Shown: piece after piece, positions 58,029-64,000 of the stretch
Position numbering within the stretch: position 1 is the stretch's first letter
Layout of the letters: each line of letters begins with the position of its first letter
NCBI GenBank assembly: GCA_963756835.1
Contig: CAVWPE010000001.1
Coordinates: 128,094-192,093 of the forward strand
DNA length: 64,000 nucleotides
DNA from: an uncultured Thermoleophilia bacterium
GTDB lineage: Bacteria > Actinomycetota > Thermoleophilia > Gaiellales > Gaiellaceae
Reading direction: 5' to 3'
The notes under the pieces: generated by a model
What the model was told of the DNA's origin: nothing
Database searches by the model: none
What the model saw: the letters and a program-made list of their open reading frames with translations, nothing else
Position numbers and translations under genes: made by a program

Positions 58029-59072
58029 TCAGACCCACATCGGGCTCTGCCATAGCTCCAGCCTGGTCCCCAGCTGACGCTCGATCGCCGTCTCGTAGAT
58101 CATCGACGCAAGGGCGACATCGTTGATTCCCATGCCGATCGCGGCGAAGTGGATGAGTTCGCGATCGTCCTCCCTCCCTTGCTTCTTTCGGTTGACGATT
58201 TCCCCGAGGTCGGCGTGGACACGATCGTCGTCGAAGAGTCCGTTGCGATGCATGACAGCGGGAGTGGTGATCCCCCTGTGCTTCACCGTCTCCCAGCTGT
58301 CACAGACGATCTTGTCAGCCCGTCGGATGACCTCGTGGTCGCACTCGTCCCCCGAGAACTGAATCGTCGTCATTCCCGGCGACAACCACTCTCCTCGCAT
58401 CAACGGCTCATGCGCGGTGGTCGCCACCAGCGCGAGGTCGGATCCGCGCACGGCCGATTCGGCATCGCCGACAACGGTAATGCTGATTCCGATCCTCTCT
58501 TCCATCTCGTCGACGAACCTTTCAGCGTTCTCCGGTGTTCGGTTGAACACTTTGACCTCGTCGATGTCGGGAAGGGCGCTGCACAGTGCCATCAGCTGTG
58601 TTCGACTCTGAACGCCCGTTCCGATGATTCCGACCGAAGTCGTGTTCCTGCGTGCGAGGTACTTTGCTGCGATGCCGGTGACGGCTCCGGTACGCACGGC
58701 GCTGATCAACGCACCTTCCATGACTGCGATCGGTAAACCGGTCTTGGGATCGTTGAGAATGATCAGAGCTGTCGCGCGAGGGAGGTCGGGAGTGCTTCTG
58801 TTCATGGGAAAACCGGCAATCCACTTCATTCCCAGTGCGTCGATATCTCCGCCCAGATATGCCGCCAGGAAGTTCACTCGGCCTCGCGTGTTTTCGACGT
58901 TGGGATCCTCACTCCAACGCAGGACGGATTTCGGTGGATCGACGCAGAGGCCCTTGTCGTGCGTCGAGAATGCGAGCTCGATTCTGGGAATGGCCTTGCT
59001 CATATCGAGCACGTCGCACTGGATGACGTCGCTCTGACTGAGGTAGAGAAAATCAGCAGGCGAATCTGTCAC
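58029..59072 (-). CDS. Ornithine cyclodeaminase/mu-crystallin family (SbnB-like)
   Basis: FLYLSQSDV, GMKWIAGFPMN, LPRATALIILND, ISAVRTGA, GTGVQ, GMGINDVA; GAGGGAGG RBS. Confidence 0.9.
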   Translation of the reverse strand: MTDSPADFLYLSQSDVIQCDVLDMSKAIPRIELAFSTHDKGLCVDPPKSVLRWSEDPNVENTRGRVNFLAAYLGGDIDALGMKWIAGFPMNRSTPDLPRATALIILNDPKTGLPIAVMEGALISAVRTGAVTGIAAKYLARRNTTSVGIIGTGVQSRTQLMALCSALPDIDEVKVFNRTPENAERFVDEMEERIGISITVVGDAESAVRGSDLALVATTAHEPLMRGEWLSPGMTTIQFSGDECDHEVIRRADKIVCDSWETVKHRGITTPAVMHRNGLFDDDRVHADLGEIVNRKKQGREDDRELIHFAAIGMGINDVALASMIYETAIERQLGTRLELWQSPMWV

Positions 59073-59468
59073 CGACGACCTCCCTCGCTCTATCAAGAAT
59101 GCTCGTGAAGTTCGTAGGTCGCGCACACCCACGGGTGCGTACTCGACCTCTTCCCCTTGGACCGCGGCCTCCGGCGTCCCGCCGCTGCCCACGCACTCTA
59201 TGGACGGAAGCGGTGCGCATTCCCACCGTGCTTCGCGACGGCCGCTCGAGCGCGCCGGTGGGGGAGGCTACTGCGATGGCGCTTCAGCGCCCAGTGGACA
59301 CACGGAGTCGCGACGCAGGGTGACCTGGAGCTGGAAGAACGACGCTGCGTCAACTGTGACCGCGCCCCTCGCCACGGCGAGAACGTTGCCGACGAGTGGC
59401 GGGTCGAGTAGGCCCGGACGGGTGATCTGCTTGGGTTCTGTCCGGAGTCGTCGCAGCGGGAGCCTGGC

Positions 59469-59531
59469 TCAGGAGCCCAATAGGATGATGAGTAGGAGCG
59501 TCAGGCCGAACGCTGCGACATCAAGAACCAT
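59469..59531 (-). CDS. Putative 20-aa hydrophobic peptide
   Basis: MVLDVAAFGLTLLLIILLGS*, TACATT 8 nt upstream of ATG. Confidence 0.35.
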   Translation of the reverse strand: MVLDVAAFGLTLLLIILLGS

Positions 59532-59692
59532 CGTCTGGAAATGTAGCGCTCGGCGCCGGGGTTCGAGTGAACCGTAGCAACGGCTTCACGCCCTCAACCC
59601 GCCTGCCCAGGGCGGTGCTGGCAGCGGCGGGTCGGTGGCGGGAAGCGTGGAGACCAGACCGCCGCGGGCCTCCGTAGCCGGGAGAATGATGA

Positions 59693-59712
59693 TGGGCGCA
59701 CCTGGGATCGAA
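59693..59712 (-). other. tRNA (Val-like) 3'-end fragment, candidate att site
   Basis: Minus strand TTCGATC-CCAGG-TGCGCCC-A matches T-loop, T-stem 3' strand, acceptor 3' strand and discriminator in register. Confidence 0.65.
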
Positions 59713-59917
59713 ATGGGCGAGAGGCCGACCAGCTAGAGGCAACTGAGGGCGACTTTTCCGCTCTCTTGCAGGGCTTTCGTGAGTGGCTGGAAGGTGACTC
59801 TGAACGACTCTCGACTACCGGCTTTCACTCTGCCGGTGGACGGATTTGGGACATGGTCGCCGGGTCGGAGGAGTTCCGGCGGCTTGTCGTTCGGGTGCTT
59901 GAGGAGCTGGCTGGCGA

Positions 59918-60889
59918 GTGAGCGGGGTGGCGGGTGGGGCCGGGGTAGCGCGCGCGCCCGGCATGCCCGGGCGCGCGATGCCCGCGCCCCGGCCGCCCGT
60001 CGCTCCCAGTCGGGTGATTCGGGACCACGCGCGCGGCCTTCCGTGGCATCGGTGCAGGGGCTGCGGTCGGCCGATCCCGCAGGAGGTTCGGCGCTGCTCG
60101 TCGCGCCGCTGTCCTGAGTTCGGGCCGATCTGGGCGCGCGATACGCGGCGGCGCTTGCTCGACAACCTGCGCCTCGTGAAGCTGTCGGTGATGTTCACGG
60201 TGACGGCTCCGGGCGCGGACGTGTACCCGTTCGACTCAGAATTCTGCCGGCACCCGTTGGGAGTGAAGTGCTCCGGGCGGGTCGGGTGCCGGGTGAGTCG
60301 AAGGGACGAAGCTGACTTCAACGCCGGCGCGGGTGCGGCCTGGAGCCAGCTCCATCGGCGCGCCAAGATTCGGGCGGATCGCGCGACGGGTCATCGAGGG
60401 CGGCTCGTCGCACGTGTTTGGGAGAAGCAGCGTCGCGGGCTCGCGCACCTCCACGGAGTAATCGCGGTCACGACACCTGACGAGCTGGCCTGGGCGCGCG
60501 AGTACGTCAACGCGCTGCGCGAGCTCGCGTCAGCGTGGGGCTTCGGCTTCGTTGACGGCTGGGAGAAGCTGACGCGCAAGTTCTGGCCGGGAGATCAAGC
60601 GGGCGCCTACCTTTCGAGCTACTTCGTCGCGGGGCGAGGACGGAAAGCGTCGATAACGAAGAATGTGCAGGATCCGAACCTGCCGAAGGTTCTCGTGCTC
60701 GTAGGGACTCACCTGACTCAGCAGACGGGTGTGACGATGCGGTCGCTGCGGCACGCTCGACGGCTTTGGGCATTCCGTGAGGGGCGCGTCGAGAGTCACG
60801 GACTCGCAGTGTGGGACGAGATCGTCGCTTCGTGCATTCTGGAGCGTCGTCCGTGTCGGCGCTTGGTCCTTGACCGTCGGGTGAATTGA
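59918..60889 (+). CDS. RepSA-like HUH rolling-circle replication initiator
   Basis: Cys-rich N-terminus (CSSRRCPE..W.RD), FTVTAPG, VWEKQRRGLAHLHGVI (HUH), AYLSSYF (motif III-like); start uncertain (alternative ATG at 59978). Confidence 0.8.
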   Translation: MSGVAGGAGVARAPGMPGRAMPAPRPPVAPSRVIRDHARGLPWHRCRGCGRPIPQEVRRCSSRRCPEFGPIWARDTRRRLLDNLRLVKLSVMFTVTAPGADVYPFDSEFCRHPLGVKCSGRVGCRVSRRDEADFNAGAGAAWSQLHRRAKIRADRATGHRGRLVARVWEKQRRGLAHLHGVIAVTTPDELAWAREYVNALRELASAWGFGFVDGWEKLTRKFWPGDQAGAYLSSYFVAGRGRKASITKNVQDPNLPKVLVLVGTHLTQQTGVTMRSLRHARRLWAFREGRVESHGLAVWDEIVASCILERRPCRRLVLDRRVN

Positions 60890-60912
60890 TATGCGGGTGA
60901 CGAGGGGGCGCG

Positions 60913-63211
60913 CTAGGTGTCTGTTGTCGGGATAGCTCCTTCAGCGTCGTCATAGAAAACGGCGGCGACGCCATACGGGTACTGCTTAACGCCCGGGAGC
61001 GCCTGAACGCCAAGAACGAGGGCGGTCTGCGTCTCCCCGGTGCTCATTGCTTGGCCTGCGGCGTTCTTCATGCGTTCGTTGCGGTCCTCCCGACTGCCGA
61101 GTCCGAGCGCAACGCCGACGATGACGTCCCGCCTCTGCGGCGGCCATTGATCAGATGGATCTCGCTTTCCGTCGCAGGATCGTCCGGCGCCCGGAGGACA
61201 TTCTGCTGGACGCGCTTGAACCCACGCTCAAAGTCGCGCTGCTCGCTGCGGGCAACGTTCAGGAGTATCAGCGCTGTCTCGCACCACCCATCGAAACGAC
61301 GCACCTCGATGACGCTGATGAGATCGCGCCAGTATTTTGAGAGATTGGTGCGCGGTTTCGTCTTCGTGTGACCTAGAAAGTACGGATCGAGGGTCTTTGA
61401 GAGACCGAGGAGACGGAGAGAGGTGCCGTCGAACTCTGTCTCGCCGATGTTGAATCCGTTATCGAGGTAGAACGCGAGGAGATCGGCCTCGTCACCCACG
61501 TATGTGGCGTGTTCCTCAAAGCCGACCCGCCGCGTGAGGTAGTGGATCTTCTCGGCACTGGTTTCGAGAATCTCGGCGATCACGAGGAGGTCGACGAGGG
61601 TCATCGTGGGCGCGAGGGCGAGATCGGACCGCACGAACCCTGCCTGCTTCAGCCAGGGCCAATGGGACTGGATGGCAGATAGCTCATCGAGTGTGACGGT
61701 GAGCTGAACGAACCTGCGGATGCTAGTGGTGTCAAAGACGTTTCGGCCACCGTTCGATGACGGGAGATCGTGCTGCCCTGGGTTGGCGCGGAGGTAGGCG
61801 GTGAAGCGCTCGCTCTGCCGGGAGGGATCGACGATGAGGTCGCTAATCGTTCGCTCAAGGCGCAGCTCTCCGCAGCGCCGGGCGGTCGGGTGGACGGCAC
61901 CACTCTTGGCTTCGATGACTAGCGCGAACTGGTCAATTAGAGCGAGGACGTCATTCTGCCCGTCCCGGCCGTCAAGTCCCACAAATTCGGTCCCCGTGAC
62001 GACCTGGGCCGGGCCGAACGATTCACGCACGACCCGAGCAACCTCCCGCTCTAGGTACTGACCCCTGTGGGCCTCGTATCGGCGGACGAGGTCGGCGTCA
62101 TCGTCGATAAGCGATTCCATGATCTCCCGAAAGAAACTTATGACGGACGTGAGTACCGGCACAAAGTAGGTCCTGTTGCCGAGGTCGATCAACGGCCGTC
62201 GCCAGGTCGGGTTGTTCATGAAGAAATGCTCCGGGTTCTCGTCTCTGAGATCCCCGAACTTGAGACTGATGGCATCGAGGAGACGTTGGCTATCGGTTCC
62301 GAGGGCTGCGTCAATGTCACCTTTCGAGAATGTGAAGACGTCGGGCATCGCGGACCTGATGTACTCCTCGAGCCATGCACCTGTGGCCTCGGACGGCACG
62401 CCGAGCCGCTCCGCTTCGGCAGTCATAGCCATCCGCATCTCGTCGCGGCCCGCCGCGAGGGTCGCACGAACTTCTCGATTGCCTTCGTGCCGTCGCTCTC
62501 GCGAATGGCTGGCCCGTAGCGTCGCTTGAAGTCATTCAAGCGAGCTTCCGCGGCACCAACGAGTTGCGCGAATGCTTCGGCTATGCCGTGGACATCGCTA
62601 CCGACCCGTTCCCTGATTTCGCTGGAGAATGGCGCGAAGAGATCCTCCACTATGCGCCGCATGTGCGAGGGGTAGCCAATTTCGGACAATCTGCGTCTGA
62701 CCGCGAATCATTTCGAGGGTCATCAGCCGAACCCGTTCAGCCTCGTCGCTTCCTCGGGCACGTCGCGCAACCGACGCTGATTGAAGGATGAGGTGAGATC
62801 CCGCAGCGAACGCACAAGGTCTGTGAGCTGCGTCCATGGAACGGGGCGGCCGTCGCGAGGGCCTGAAGCGGAGAGGCAGATTGCCTGAAGCACTTCGACG
62901 TGGTGTTCTAGAACCGGATCAGGGCGAGCCGTCTCACGGTCCACGCCGGGTCGGCTCGTGAGGTAGTAGAAGGCGAACGGCGTAAGGACGTGTACCGGGT
63001 CGAGTTCTGAGACGAGTTCTTGAACCCGAGCGAGAGCATCGGCGAACGTGGCCTCCTCTCGCTCGCCGAACTCGCGCAGAAGTCGGCCGGCCTCGTCCTC
63101 GCTCAGATCCGCGAACGGAGAATCGTGGAGTACCCACTCGATCCCTTCGCGTTCCCCTCTTGCATGGCTGCGCCGCCGTTCGGCACGACGCTTCACGGAC
63201 TTGCGTGACAT
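60913..63211 (-). CDS. Large (~765 aa) protein with PD-(D/E)XK (NERD-like) nuclease domain; four apparent frameshifts
   Basis: Frames join at about 62750, 62677, 62465 and 61143; GQYLE...QNDVLALIDQFALVIEAKSG motif; C-terminus ...KQYPYGVAAVFYDD...TAG at 60913. Confidence 0.65.
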
Positions 63212-63321
63212 CAGACACATACTGCAGCATCGCTCGCGGATGACTTGATCTCGTAGACCACGCCGGTAACAGGTGTTGCGGTTCGGTCGGACGTTTCACG
63301 CGCGACGCGGGAGGGCGTGGG

Positions 63322-63870
63322 TTATTCGCGGATGAGCTGTACTCGGAAGCCTTCGCGCTTCAAGGCGTTTGTCAGTTTGAATGCGGGTCGCTCTCCGACT
63401 GAGTACGACGCGCATACCCGCCGCTGACCATCGATTGTCAGACACACTTGGCCCGCGTACCGTGCGGGTCGAAGCTGTGCGTCGGTGACGCGAACCCGAA
63501 CGACGTCGGTTAGACGTGGGGGTGCGACGCGGAGGCTCCCCAGGTTGAGGGGGTCGTTCGACTTGCGGTCGGCGGACCGGTTTGCCGATGGGAGCGATAG
63601 GTCGTGGGACTTCTCGATGGCGGCGTTGAGGGGTGAACCCCAGAGGCCGGCCCGTGAGCCAATCTCTCCGGTCGAGACGGCGAGTATCAGCACGAGGGCG
63701 ATCAGCCACAGTTTGGACTTGCGGCGAGAGGGCCGACCCCCGCGGTCCCACGGCGACGGTTTATAAGGTCCGGACGGGCGTGGTCGCCCTGAGCGTCCTG
63801 TGCCCCCGGGTTGGATCGACCTGCCTCGGGGTGGATCCTCCCGATACCAGTCGCGGTCTTCGATCGCCAT
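63322..63870 (-). CDS. Hypothetical single-TM membrane protein
   Basis: MAIEDRDWYRE N-terminal motif, TM LWLIALVLILAVST, extracytoplasmic Cys pair. Confidence 0.65.
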   Translation of the reverse strand: MAIEDRDWYREDPPRGRSIQPGGTGRSGRPRPSGPYKPSPWDRGGRPSRRKSKLWLIALVLILAVSTGEIGSRAGLWGSPLNAAIEKSHDLSLPSANRSADRKSNDPLNLGSLRVAPPRLTDVVRVRVTDAQLRPARYAGQVCLTIDGQRRVCASYSVGERPAFKLTNALKREGFRVQLIRE

Positions 63871-63917
63871 CGTCGGATTATCGCTTGCTGTCGGATTGGC
63901 GCAATTGGCGGACACAT

Positions 63918-63946
63918 TTGACGTATATACGTTGTGGGTATAGTAT
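63918..63946 (+). promoter_or_regulatory. Sigma70 promoter with overlapping palindromic operator
   Basis: TTGACG-N17-TAGTAT; perfect palindrome ACGTATATACGT at 63921-63932. Confidence 0.65.
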
Positions 63947-63954
63947 TGACGATC

Positions 63955-64000
63955 ATGGCGCTTAGTAAGCCAATGAAGCTGATCGCCCTTCGGATGGATG
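63955..64000 (+). CDS. Start of probable ribbon-helix-helix (CopG/Arc-like) regulator (runs off window)
   Basis: MALSKPMKLIALRMD...: alternating beta-strand pattern like RHH N-termini; only 15 codons visible. Confidence 0.4.
   Translation, partial: MALSKPMKLIALRMD

Larger units (their letters stand above)
59693..64000. mobile_element. Left end of an integrated rolling-circle (RepSA/AICE-like) element
   Basis: Candidate att site, HUH Rep, nuclease-like cargo, RHH-like regulator and visibly lower GC; no integrase within the window. Confidence 0.65.

Noticed and set aside
56404-58077. 557-aa full-length MalT-like protein
   Set aside because: After about 57420 the frame is Arg-rich read-through over another gene fragment and has no LuxR HTH.
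59550-59712. Complete tRNA gene (GGTTCGAGT at about 59560; tRNA-like 59693-59712)
   Set aside because: No D-arm or anticodon arm could be folded; only the 20-nt 3' fragment is supported.

Overview
High-GC bacterial chromosomal segment whose gene content and many apparently leaderless genes (TANNNT 6-9 nt before the start codon) fit Actinomycetota, probably Thermoleophilia/Gaiellales (inference). About 1-56 kb is core-like. It carries TCA and gluconeogenesis genes (sucC, a methyltransferase, sucD, mdh, citrate synthase 2, pckA, and an SdhA-SdhB-HdrB-like type E succinate dehydrogenase), purEK, two adjacent Xer-type recombinases, asd, a large-type SRP RNA next to dnaX-ebfC-[EamA/LysR]-recR, and ABC transporters and secreted hydrolases. 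It also has a lipid-modification cluster (desaturase divergent from FAD oxidoreductase-DUF1365-Cfa-like methyltransferase-PlsC) and a SigK/RskA-type ECF sigma/anti-sigma pair with a fasciclin gene. A shared T(G/C)ATCC-N15-17-CG(A/T/G)A motif links the lipid cluster, an orphan pilin and the fasciclin gene into a candidate regulon. After about 56.2 kb the sequence is accessory and decayed: a truncated MalT-like gene, an orphan SbnB/OCD-like gene and micro-ORFs. A tRNA-Val-like 3'-end fragment at 59693-59712 (candidate att site) is followed by an integrated element with a RepSA-like HUH replication protein, a large PD-(D/E)XK nuclease-like gene and a probable RHH regulator running off the window. 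Several single-base frameshifts in G/C runs look like long-read consensus errors. All calls come from motif recognition by eye; no database searches were run.
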